57,578 nucleotides of DNA from contig SXSK01000045.1 of NCBI GenBank assembly GCA_005793375.1, positions 1-57,578 on the forward strand, in the 5' to 3' direction. The first letter of the stretch is position 1. The number at the start of each line of letters is the position of its first letter. The notes beneath the pieces were generated by a model that saw only the letters and a list, made by a program, of their open reading frames with translations, was not told the origin of the DNA and ran no database searches. The DNA comes from Verrucomicrobiales bacterium (lineage in GTDB: Bacteria; Verrucomicrobiota; Verrucomicrobiia; Limisphaerales; UBA9464). A program made the translations under genes and the position numbers. Below, piece by piece: positions 1-8,889 of the stretch.

Positions 1-96
1 AGAAGCCATGCGCTTACTTTCAAGCGTGGCCATTGTGAAAAATCAGCCGAGTTCTCAATATCCCGCCTGCCTATTGTTCTTCCGCGGGTCCATCCT

Positions 97-213
97 TCAA
101 CCAATCCGGCCAAACCACTTTTCTTGAAACTGCCCTGCATTAGCGCAGACCAGACACTTAAAAGATTGACCAGCAATCTCCACGGTTTTCGGCTCCGTTT
201 TGAGAATGTTCAT
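97..213 (-). pseudogene. Possible truncated small zinc-ribbon protein (single CxxC)
   Basis: ATG at 213 gives MNILKTEPKTVEIAGQSFKCLVCANAGQFQEKW. This resembles the first half of small two-CxxC proteins but stops after one CxxC. Confidence 0.25.
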
Positions 214-467
214 CGTGTGTGTTGAAAGCGCCGGGGCTTCACGTGCATTAAAATGAGACGGACGTGTTTGTGGATCCGGCGAGTGTGATCCACTTAAGCA
301 AAGGCTTGTGCCGAAGGGAAGTCCGCTAATTGACTTGAATAAAAAAGTCTCACAGATCCCCACTTCAAGGGATCAATTTGAATAATTTACGTGTGTTTGG
401 TACTTTTCAGCCTGCCAATCCTAGGCTACGCATCACGGCCCCTTGCGAACCGGAGAAGACAAACCGT

Positions 468-495
468 TTGACCAAGTGGGTCCTGACCGTATGAT
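468..495 (+). promoter_or_regulatory. Sigma70-like promoter for the SPFH/P1B/ABC cluster
   Basis: TTGACC (468-473), 16-bp spacer, TATGAT (490-495), about 25 nt upstream of the first CDS. Confidence 0.5.
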
Positions 496-519
496 AACCG
501 CCACACAGTTACCCTTGTA

Positions 520-1482
520 TTGATGCGACAGTTCATCGCCATCGCGATTAACGCATTCATGGAATTGGTGCGGCAACCCGTTTACCTGTTGCTGTTGACC
601 GTTTCCTCAGCTTTTTCCGTTTTCCTGGCGGCAGTTCCTTATTTTGGGTTTGGCGATGACCCGAAACTGGTTAAAGACATGACCTTGGCGGTGATGTTGC
701 TGTCAGGCTTGCTCGGCGCCGTCTTGTGCGCCTCGGCGAGCGTTGCTCAGGAAATTCGCCAAGGCACGGCGCTGACTGTGTTGGCAAAGCCCGTCGGCCG
801 GGTTTCATTTCTACTGGCCAAATACGTCGGTTTGGCGGCGACCCTGGCGCTATTGACAATTTCCAATGCCATTGCCGCGCTATTGGCCAGTCGCATGGCT
901 TTTGACGCGTACGGTGAGGCAGACACAGTTTCCTTGGCGATTTACTTTGGTGCGGGACTTACGGCTTATGCGGGGGCTGGGTTTCTGAATTTCTTCCTCA
1001 ATCGGACCTTTGTTCCGAACGCCGTGTTTCTTTACGTGGTACTGACGTTTGTAGGTTTTCTGTATGTAGTCCTGTTTACCAAGTTGGACAAGGCATTCGG
1101 AGAAGCCGCAACGGTGGACTGGCGACTCATGCGTGCCGGCACGCTGATCTTATTTGCTTTGTGGGTCTTGGCTGCGCTGGCGCTGGCTTGCTCGACTCGG
1201 CTGGATGTCATACCGACCTTGGCTATTTGTTCGGTCTTTTTCCTGTTGGGATTGACGTCCGATCACTTTTTTGGGCGTCCCGCGAAGGAGGGAGTCTTGT
1301 GGGCGCAGTTGTGCTATACAGTGACACCGAATTGGCAGATTTTTTGGATGGCGGATGCTTTGGAAGGCAAGAAGAACATCCCCTGGGATTATGTAATTCG
1401 CGCCGCGGGATACCTTTTGGCGTATGTGAGCGCTTCGCTGTCCGTGGCGCTTTTGCTATTTGAAGACCGAGAACTGAGTTAA
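520..1482 (+). CDS. ABC-2-type transporter permease (PilI/XapB-like)
   Basis: 320 aa, multiple TM segments. Starts IAIAINAFMELVRQPVY and carries the EAA-like motif EIRQGTALTVLAKPVGRVSFLLAKYVG; ends FEDREL. ATG start possibly 523. Confidence 0.85.
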   Translation: MMRQFIAIAINAFMELVRQPVYLLLLTVSSAFSVFLAAVPYFGFGDDPKLVKDMTLAVMLLSGLLGAVLCASASVAQEIRQGTALTVLAKPVGRVSFLLAKYVGLAATLALLTISNAIAALLASRMAFDAYGEADTVSLAIYFGAGLTAYAGAGFLNFFLNRTFVPNAVFLYVVLTFVGFLYVVLFTKLDKAFGEAATVDWRLMRAGTLILFALWVLAALALACSTRLDVIPTLAICSVFFLLGLTSDHFFGRPAKEGVLWAQLCYTVTPNWQIFWMADALEGKKNIPWDYVIRAAGYLLAYVSASLSVALLLFEDRELS

Positions 1483-1525
1483 GGCCACGCTGGCCGCACT
1501 CTGGAAAAATCCGAGCTTTTACCCG

Positions 1526-3421
1526 ATGGAACGTAACGTCTCAAAAAATGGATTGTTGAACTGGATGGCACTCTTGGGCGCCGGAGCAGCAATTGCTGTC
1601 TTGGCCAAGTCCTCTGGTTCCGCTACGGGCGAAGTGGGGGTGATTTACTTCGCCATTGGCTTCATGGTCTCCCTGGTGAGTTGGTTCCAGATGCACTTGG
1701 AGTCGCGCGAAGAAACCGAGCGCCTGGAGATGGGGGAGTTGGCCAAGTCACGCACTGGAACTGCCCTTTTTGAGGGATCCTCCGACGATACGATGTTGGC
1801 CAAAAAGGCCCGTCAACAGTTCGAAAAGTGGGCTGTGCCAGCCTTTACCATTATCTTACTGATCATCCAAGTAATGGCAGTTTGGTGGTATTATGACCGC
1901 ATCACCAAGATGGAGCCACCCACGTCGAGCCAAAGTCTCTTTGCGCTCGCGATGTTTGCCGCCCTGGGATTAGTCCTGTTCCTACTCGGAACCTACTCCT
2001 CCAAGCTGGCCAGATATGAGGGGCATCGCCTCTTGCGGCCAGGTTCATCGGTCACACTGCTCGGCGCGATGATTTGTGCGGTGGGTGCGGTGGCGGAGGT
2101 TTTCGATTACCTGGGGTATCCCAAATACGACCGCTGGATTGCTTGGGTCCTGGTAGCCATTTTGGCCTTGGTGGCTTTTGAAACCCTTTTCGCGTTGGTA
2201 TTCGAGGTGTTCCGGCCCCGCGTCAAGGGCAAGGAAGTGCGCTTAGTTTATGAGAGCCGTCTGATTGGGTTGCTCGGGTCTCCTGGCGGTTTGTTTAGCA
2301 CAGCCGCCCAGGCCTTGGATTATCAATTTGGATTCAAAGTCTCGGATACTTGGTTTTTCCAATTTCTCCATGAACGCCTCGGTCGACTCCTTCTCTTCTG
2401 GGCAGGCCTGTTTTGGGCATCGACCTCCTTGGTATTCTTAGAACCGCCGGAACAAGGATTGCTCGAACGCTTTGGAAACCCGGTCGTGTCACGAGGGATT
2501 CTTGAACCTGGATGGCATTTGAAATTGCCTTGGCCCATGGATGCGGTTCATCGCTACCCGGTTCGGTCGCTCCAGTCCTTTAACATTGGATTCGAACCGG
2601 ATCCAACCAAGGAAAAGGAACGGACCCTCCTGTGGACCGTGCCTCACTATAAGACGGAAGTTCATATGTTGGTCGCGAGCCGCGAACAAACTCCAGTTAT
2701 CGAAGGCGGCACCCAACAGGCGGTTCCGGTCAACTTTCTCGCGGTCAGCATCCCGGTTCAGTTTACTATCAACGATGTCCGTGCCTGGGCTTACAACCAC
2801 TCCGGGCCTTCCGAGCTACTCGAGCGAATCGCAAACCGGGAAGTCGTCCGTTACCTGGTCAGTGTCGACATGCTCAAAATCATGGGGGAAGGACGGCTGC
2901 AAGCGGCCGAAGAAATGACCAAGCGTATCCAAAATGTCGCAGATCAACACAAATTGGGCGTATCGATTGCTTTCGTGGGCGTTCAGGATTTTCACCCACC
3001 TCCTGGAGATAAGGATCGTCCGGTCGCGGCAGCCTTTGAGAAGGAAGTTGGCGCTTTGGCCCAAAAGGAAGCGCTGATCTTGGAAGCAGAAGGGGATCTC
3101 GCCGAAGCCATACCTCGCGCGACGGCAGAGTCGTTGAAACGCGTCAACGATTCCAAAGCGGCCTCAGCGATTAAAGTCGAACTCGCCCTCGGTGAAGCCG
3201 ACCAATTCGAGGCTCAACGAAAAGCCAATGCAGCCGCTCCTACGATGTACCGAGCTCGGACTCAATTGGAAACATTATCACGAGCCATGGCCAAAGCTCG
3301 AAAGTACGTGATCGCTTCGACCAACGAACACCGCGTCATGCAGATTGATCTCCAAGAGAAAATCCGGGATGACCTTCTGGATGTGAAAATCGATTCCCCA
3401 GACAAACCCAGCGAGAAATGA
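1526..3421 (+). CDS. SPFH/Band-7 (HflK-like) protein with an N-terminal multi-pass membrane domain
   Basis: About 7 hydrophobic helices in the first ~300 aa. Then EQGLLERFG...LEPGWHLKLPWP (SPFH start), VGVQDFHPP...VAAAF and an Ala/Glu-rich coiled coil. Confidence 0.85.
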   Translation: MERNVSKNGLLNWMALLGAGAAIAVLAKSSGSATGEVGVIYFAIGFMVSLVSWFQMHLESREETERLEMGELAKSRTGTALFEGSSDDTMLAKKARQQFEKWAVPAFTIILLIIQVMAVWWYYDRITKMEPPTSSQSLFALAMFAALGLVLFLLGTYSSKLARYEGHRLLRPGSSVTLLGAMICAVGAVAEVFDYLGYPKYDRWIAWVLVAILALVAFETLFALVFEVFRPRVKGKEVRLVYESRLIGLLGSPGGLFSTAAQALDYQFGFKVSDTWFFQFLHERLGRLLLFWAGLFWASTSLVFLEPPEQGLLERFGNPVVSRGILEPGWHLKLPWPMDAVHRYPVRSLQSFNIGFEPDPTKEKERTLLWTVPHYKTEVHMLVASREQTPVIEGGTQQAVPVNFLAVSIPVQFTINDVRAWAYNHSGPSELLERIANREVVRYLVSVDMLKIMGEGRLQAAEEMTKRIQNVADQHKLGVSIAFVGVQDFHPPPGDKDRPVAAAFEKEVGALAQKEALILEAEGDLAEAIPRATAESLKRVNDSKAASAIKVELALGEADQFEAQRKANAAAPTMYRARTQLETLSRAMAKARKYVIASTNEHRVMQIDLQEKIRDDLLDVKIDSPDKPSEK

Positions 3422-3530
3422 TACGTGATTGGAAACCCATCATCCTATCGCCCATTGCCCCAGTGCTGATCAACAAGCCCAATTCCGTTCCAACAACGAG
3501 ACCCTCCGCGAGAGACCCTTTTAGATCGAT

Positions 3531-4445
3531 ATGAAGAAAAACAACGTCAGTATCGCCATCGGCGGCATCTTGATCGTGATGTTCGTCTGCCTGCTCTTCT
3601 TCTTCCAGGTACGCACCACCGAAGTGGCTGTCGTCACCCGGTTCGGGAAGATCTCCCGCCCAATCAAGGAAGCCGGAATGAAATGGCGCCTTCCATGGCC
3701 CATTGAAAACGTTTTTAAGTTTGAAAGCCGCCTCCAGAATTTCGAACGCAAGTTTGAAACCACACTGACCAGCGACGGTAAAATGGTCTTGGCGACCATC
3801 TTCGTCGCTTGGCGGATCTCCGAGCCCGAGCGTTTCCTGGAGAAGTTCGACGGCGATGTCGCGAAAGCGGAAAACGCCTTGGAGAATGTCGTGCGCAACG
3901 CCAAAAACGGCGTCATCGGCCGTCATGTGTTTAGCGATTTCATCTCGCCAGATCCCAACAAGGTAAAGTTTGAGGAGATGGAAAAAGAGATGCTCGCCGA
4001 GATCCAAAAAACCGCACTTTCCGTTTTTGGCATTGATGTTCAGTTGTGTGGGATCAAGCAGTTGGGGTTGCCAGAAAATGTGACTGCCGATGTGTTCAAG
4101 CGCATGAAGGCGGAACGCGAGCGTCTGGTGAAGAAGTATACGGCCGAGGGTGAATCACGCGCCTTGGAAATCCGCAGCGAAGCCAACCTCAAAAAGGAAG
4201 AGCTCCTCGCCAAGGCCAAAGGGCAGGCCGCTCGGATTGTGGGTCAGGCGGACGCGGTCGCTTCGGAGTCCTACCGCGTTTTTGAAAAGGAACCAGAACT
4301 GGCGAAATTTCAGTTCGAACTGCGAGCTCTGGAAAACTCGCTCAAGGAAAAATCCACGATTATCGCCGATCCCAATACGCCGCCCTTCAACCTGCTTCGG
4401 CCAGCCGGCAGTCATCGAAAAACCACAACCACTCCGGGTCGCTAA
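3531..4445 (+). CDS. hflC: HflC-like SPFH protein
   Basis: Single N-terminal TM; VVTRFGK, WRLPWPIE, LTSDGK and the HflC hallmark VFKRMKAERE...AEG...A.EIRSEA. May be a paralog rather than the FtsH modulator. Confidence 0.85.
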   Translation: MKKNNVSIAIGGILIVMFVCLLFFFQVRTTEVAVVTRFGKISRPIKEAGMKWRLPWPIENVFKFESRLQNFERKFETTLTSDGKMVLATIFVAWRISEPERFLEKFDGDVAKAENALENVVRNAKNGVIGRHVFSDFISPDPNKVKFEEMEKEMLAEIQKTALSVFGIDVQLCGIKQLGLPENVTADVFKRMKAERERLVKKYTAEGESRALEIRSEANLKKEELLAKAKGQAARIVGQADAVASESYRVFEKEPELAKFQFELRALENSLKEKSTIIADPNTPPFNLLRPAGSHRKTTTTPGR

Positions 4446-4473
4446 TGGTTGAGACCCTTATAGGATTACTGCC

Positions 4474-5571
4474 ATGAGTGACGGAAAGGAAAAATCCGGC
4501 AACCTGAAGGTGGCCCGCGGCGATACCGTGCCTACGGACGACGCGAGCAGTCAGGCGCTGAGCGAGGCATTGGGAAGTAGCGTGTGGCTGATGAAGGGCT
4601 TGGTCGCCCTCCTCACCGTTGCGTTTGTCGCTTCCTGCATTTTCACCGTAAAACCCAACGAAGTGGCGGTGGTGCTCCGCTTCGGACGTCCCCAGGGTGC
4701 CGGGGCGGAAATGGTGAAGAAGCAGGGACTCCATTTTGCCCTGCCGTTTCCCATCGACGAAATCGTCCGAATCAGAGTTGGTGAAGTTCAGACCGTGTAT
4801 ACCAAAACCCCTTGGGCATACATTGAACCCACGGAGGAAAGCGTTGGCAACGTCACGCCACCCAAAGATCGTGATCGGTTAAATCCCGCAGCCGATGGGC
4901 ATGTGCTAACCGCGGACGGTAATATTCTGCACGTTCGCGGTGCCGTGAAGTACCGAATCACGGATCCGGTATCGTACGCTTTTCGTTTTGGCAGTGTCTC
5001 CAACCTGTTGGCGAATGCACTGAACAACGCCATCTATCACGCGTCGTCGACCTTCCAGGCCGATGCCGCGCTCTACAAAGATCAGGCCGGATTCCGCGAA
5101 GCGGTGCGCCAGCGTTTAGAAAGCTGGATCCTTCGGTCACAGTTGGGGGTCACCATTGACCTGCTGGAAATTCAGACAGCCGCGCCGGGTTATGTCGCCG
5201 ATTTCTTCGATGCCGTGACGAGGGCCGAGCAAGCGCGCAGCACGCGCATTAGCGACGCTGAAGGTGAGGCCAACGCGATCGTTGGCAGGGCCAGCGGTGA
5301 AGCCCAGGCTATCCTGTCTGGCGGCATGGTCTCCAGCAATGCGCTGGTACAAGCCGTCTCGGCCGAAGCCGACGCCTTCTCCAGGCAGCTCGAATTCTAT
5401 AGGCGAGATGAGGATCTTTTCCGCAGCCGACTACTTGCCGATAGCCTGACGCGCGTCATGACTAATGCGAACCATGTCTTCTGGTTGGAATCCGATGAAC
5501 TTCGGTTGCTCTTGAACCGCGGGCCTCAAACGCCCGTCAAACCGCCGCAGGGCACTTCAGCCACTCCATAA
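4474..5571 (+). CDS. hflK: HflK-like SPFH protein
   Basis: One TM; EVAVVLRFG, GLHFALPFPIDE, LTADGNILHV...YRITDP, FDAVTRAEQ...AEGEA. May be a paralog of canonical HflK. Confidence 0.8.
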   Translation: MSDGKEKSGNLKVARGDTVPTDDASSQALSEALGSSVWLMKGLVALLTVAFVASCIFTVKPNEVAVVLRFGRPQGAGAEMVKKQGLHFALPFPIDEIVRIRVGEVQTVYTKTPWAYIEPTEESVGNVTPPKDRDRLNPAADGHVLTADGNILHVRGAVKYRITDPVSYAFRFGSVSNLLANALNNAIYHASSTFQADAALYKDQAGFREAVRQRLESWILRSQLGVTIDLLEIQTAAPGYVADFFDAVTRAEQARSTRISDAEGEANAIVGRASGEAQAILSGGMVSSNALVQAVSAEADAFSRQLEFYRRDEDLFRSRLLADSLTRVMTNANHVFWLESDELRLLLNRGPQTPVKPPQGTSATP

Positions 5572-5626
5572 TGTGCCAGACCGCCGTGCTCTTTAGTTCC
5601 TTTTTCACGCCTATCGATTTGTCGCC

Positions 5627-7630
5627 ATGCAAGTAACTTCACTCATCAGTCAGCAGGACGATTGTCAGGATTGCGGCCATGAACACTCCCACACGAATGT
5701 GCAGCTCTCCTACACCTTGGTGGGGTTGATCTTTGTTCTGAACTCGTTCCTGATCGACTGGACTTTTGCCAAGGGGACCATCGTTTCAGGGCTCAGTGCC
5801 TTGGTCGGCACATGCATCCTAGGGTTTCCTATCCTGAGAGTGGCATTTCTCGATCTATCGAAGGGCCGACTGACCATCAACGAACTCGTCGCCGTGGGTG
5901 TACTGGCCTGTGCGGTTTCGGGCAATTATGCCAGCCCGAATGAGGTAGCCGGAGGGTTTCAGACTGCCGGCATCGTGGCGTTCTTCATGCTGTTGGGTGA
6001 AATCATTGAGACTCGCACGGCCATCGGAGCCCGGGCATCGATCGAATCGCTCATTAAGCTCACGCCCACCCGGGCGCGACGCCTGGTAAACGGCAAGGAA
6101 GAGGAAGTAGCGGCCAAGGATTTGACCGTAGGCGATCTCATTCGCATTCGGCCCGGTGACAACGTTGCCGCCGATGGGTTGATTCAGGTAGGCCAGGGTT
6201 CCATCAACCAAGCCAACATTACAGGCGAATCACTTCCAGTCGATAAGGGTCCCGGCGATCAGGTTTTCGCAGGTACCATTAACCTGACTGGCGCCTTGGA
6301 AGTGAAGGTCACCAAGGCTGGTCAGGATACAACCATCGGAAAAGTTCGTGAGTTGATTCTCGCTGCTGAAAAGACTCGGCTGCCATTCATGCGCATCGTC
6401 GACCAGAACATGCGTTATTATACGCCATTCGTCCTGGTAGTAGCCGCACTGGTCTGGGCGTTTACTCGAGATCTGAACCGAGTGATTACAGTCCTCATCG
6501 TGGCCTGCCCGTGCGCCTTCATTCTGGCGACGCCCAGCGCCATGGTCGCCGCCATCGCCGCCGCCGCACGACTCGGTGTCCTCGTCAAAAATGTGGGAGA
6601 TCTCGAGTTGGCTGCACGCATCAGCGCGTTCGTATTCGATAAGACTGGAACACTGACCACCGGCAAGCTGGTGGTGAGCCGTTTGAACCCATTGGGCGAG
6701 ACCACCGCAGCAGAGTTGCTTCGCATCGCCGCTAGCGCCGAGAAATTGTCCAACCACCCCACGGCTAAGGCCTTGGTCCAGTTGGCTGATGAAGCCGGAG
6801 TGCCACTAGCCGATGCCACCGACTTTAAAGAATCTGCCGGCCGAGGCATCAGCACCCTGGTGGAAGGAGCTCGCGTCGTCATCGGTCGTTCTGCGTGGCT
6901 CAAGGACAATGGTGTCAGTGGTGACTTTCTGAAATCGGTGGACCTCAACGAAACCGAAGGCTTCAGCCTTTTGTTTGTGGCGCGTGACGGCCAGTTCGTT
7001 GGCTGGGTGGGACTTCAGGACCAAACCCGGGCCGAAGCCAGCGAGGCGCTCGAGGGACTCCGAGAAACCGGCGTCCGGCGGATTGCCATGGTCAGCGGCG
7101 ATCGCCAACCGGTGGCCGCGCGAGTGGCGAAAGAGATCGGTATCGAGGAAGTCGTCGCCGAATGTCTCCCTCAGAACAAGGTTGAATACGTCAAGCAGAT
7201 GAAGGCGAAGGGGTATCGCGTCGCCGTCGTCGGGGATGGAGTGAACGATGCGCCGGCGCTGGCGGCTGGTGACATTAGCATCGCCATGGGAGCTGCCGGC
7301 AGCGAGGTGGCCATCCATAGTGCGACGATCGCTTTGATGAGCAATGACCTCCGTCGATTGGCCTTCTTGGTCCGGCTTTCACGCATGACCCGGAGCGTGA
7401 TCAATCAAAACTTCATGTTCGGAGTAGTGTTCATCATCGGTGGCATTTCGTTGTCCGCTATGGGGTACCTGAATCCCATTATCGCGGCCATGATGCACAA
7501 TGCCGGATCACTTTTTGTCGTCTTCAATAGCGCTCGACTCGTCCGTCAAGGCGAGGAACTCGAGCCGCATCTGGTAGCAGAATCCGTGGCGAACCTCCCG
7601 ACGCCACCTTCGGTCAAGTTCGCCACTTAA
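5627..7630 (+). CDS. Heavy-metal-translocating P1B-type ATPase
   Basis: TGES, ACPCAFILATP, FDKTGTLT, SNHP, GDGVNDAPALA; N-terminal CQDCGHEHSH; last TM contains MHNAGS. Confidence 0.95.
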   Translation: MQVTSLISQQDDCQDCGHEHSHTNVQLSYTLVGLIFVLNSFLIDWTFAKGTIVSGLSALVGTCILGFPILRVAFLDLSKGRLTINELVAVGVLACAVSGNYASPNEVAGGFQTAGIVAFFMLLGEIIETRTAIGARASIESLIKLTPTRARRLVNGKEEEVAAKDLTVGDLIRIRPGDNVAADGLIQVGQGSINQANITGESLPVDKGPGDQVFAGTINLTGALEVKVTKAGQDTTIGKVRELILAAEKTRLPFMRIVDQNMRYYTPFVLVVAALVWAFTRDLNRVITVLIVACPCAFILATPSAMVAAIAAAARLGVLVKNVGDLELAARISAFVFDKTGTLTTGKLVVSRLNPLGETTAAELLRIAASAEKLSNHPTAKALVQLADEAGVPLADATDFKESAGRGISTLVEGARVVIGRSAWLKDNGVSGDFLKSVDLNETEGFSLLFVARDGQFVGWVGLQDQTRAEASEALEGLRETGVRRIAMVSGDRQPVAARVAKEIGIEEVVAECLPQNKVEYVKQMKAKGYRVAVVGDGVNDAPALAAGDISIAMGAAGSEVAIHSATIALMSNDLRRLAFLVRLSRMTRSVINQNFMFGVVFIIGGISLSAMGYLNPIIAAMMHNAGSLFVVFNSARLVRQGEELEPHLVAESVANLPTPPSVKFAT

Positions 7631-7665
7631 GCTCCTGTTCCTTCGAAGACCGACTCCTTACGCTT

Positions 7666-8883
7666 ATGGCCGCGCTGCCCAAATCCACGAAACCACCCGA
7701 AACGGAGGCCGTTATCCGTGTCACGGGATTATCCAAGACGTTTAAGGACTTCTGGGGTCGCCCTAAAGCGCGCGCCGTGGACAATGTCGACTTCGAGGTC
7801 CGCCGCGGGGAAGTGTTCGGATTGCTCGGGCCTAACGGCTCTGGCAAGTCGACCACAGTCAAGATGTTGCTCGGGTTATTGTACCCAACGAAGGGCCACA
7901 TCGAAGTGTTCGGCAAGTCACCTCGTGATGTGGCCACCAAATCCCGTATTGGATATCTGCCGGAGGAGAGTTATCTCTATCGTTATCTCAATCCAGGCGA
8001 GACCCTCGATTTCTTCGGAAATCTTTTTCAACTGAATTCCGTCGAGAGGCGCCAACGCACGGAGCAATTGATTGAAATGGTAGGACTCAATCAAGCGCGC
8101 ACACGCACTGTTGGCGAGTTTTCCAAAGGCATGCAGCGCCGTATCGGTATCGCGCAGGCTCTTATCAACGATCCCGATCTGGTGATCCTCGATGAGCCAA
8201 CTGCCGGCCTCGACCCACTTGGGTGCCGCGAAGTGAAGGATCTCATCCTGGCACTCGCCGCGCGCGGCAAGACTGTTATCCTGAGCAGCCACTTGTTGGC
8301 CGACGTGGAAGATGTGTGTGATCGAGTGGTAATCTATTACGGAGGACGCATCCAGGCCATGGGTTCTTTGAGTGAACTGCTTGCGGAACCGGACTCGGTG
8401 CAGATCACGACACCGGTTTTGTCCCGTGAAACCACAGAGAAGGTGCTTGGCATTCTTCGAGCTGAGGCTGGCGATCGAGTAAGACTGGGTTCGCCAACCC
8501 AGAATCTGGAGAGCTACTTCCTGGGAGTGGTGGAACGGGCACGCCAAAAGGCCGGAGCTGGAGTAGGCACGAGCGGGGCCACCAGCGGCAATCAGGTCGC
8601 CGACTTCATCCGTGCCGGAGCCTCTGCCATAGGAGATCCGGGACAATCTCAACGGGTTCTGGAACGACTCACTCGTTCAACGGCATCCTCCATTGAACCC
8701 ACTGTGGTCCCAACTCAAAACAGCGCTCAGGCTGTCGATGCTGCGAAACTCGAGGCGCTAACCAAGGCCGAAATCTCGCCCACCACCGCCGAGCCATCAC
8801 CACCGCCCACTACCTCAGAGGCCCAGGCTGCAGAACTCGCGAAAGCCAACGACAAATTGACGGGCCTGCTGGGAAAGAAGTGA
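7666..8883 (+). CDS. ABC transporter ATP-binding protein (PilH/XapD-like) with a long C-terminal tail
   Basis: Walker A GPNGSGKST, signature FSKGMQRR, Walker B VILDEPT, H-loop LSSHLL; about 110-aa Ala/Ser/Pro-rich tail. Confidence 0.95.
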   Translation: MAALPKSTKPPETEAVIRVTGLSKTFKDFWGRPKARAVDNVDFEVRRGEVFGLLGPNGSGKSTTVKMLLGLLYPTKGHIEVFGKSPRDVATKSRIGYLPEESYLYRYLNPGETLDFFGNLFQLNSVERRQRTEQLIEMVGLNQARTRTVGEFSKGMQRRIGIAQALINDPDLVILDEPTAGLDPLGCREVKDLILALAARGKTVILSSHLLADVEDVCDRVVIYYGGRIQAMGSLSELLAEPDSVQITTPVLSRETTEKVLGILRAEAGDRVRLGSPTQNLESYFLGVVERARQKAGAGVGTSGATSGNQVADFIRAGASAIGDPGQSQRVLERLTRSTASSIEPTVVPTQNSAQAVDAAKLEALTKAEISPTTAEPSPPPTTSEAQAAELAKANDKLTGLLGKK

Positions 8884-8889
8884 GGTGCC

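Noticed and set aside
332-349. GACTT-N8-AAGTC palindrome upstream of the first cluster
   Set aside because: Only 5-bp arms; expected by chance and not a metal-regulator box that I recognise.
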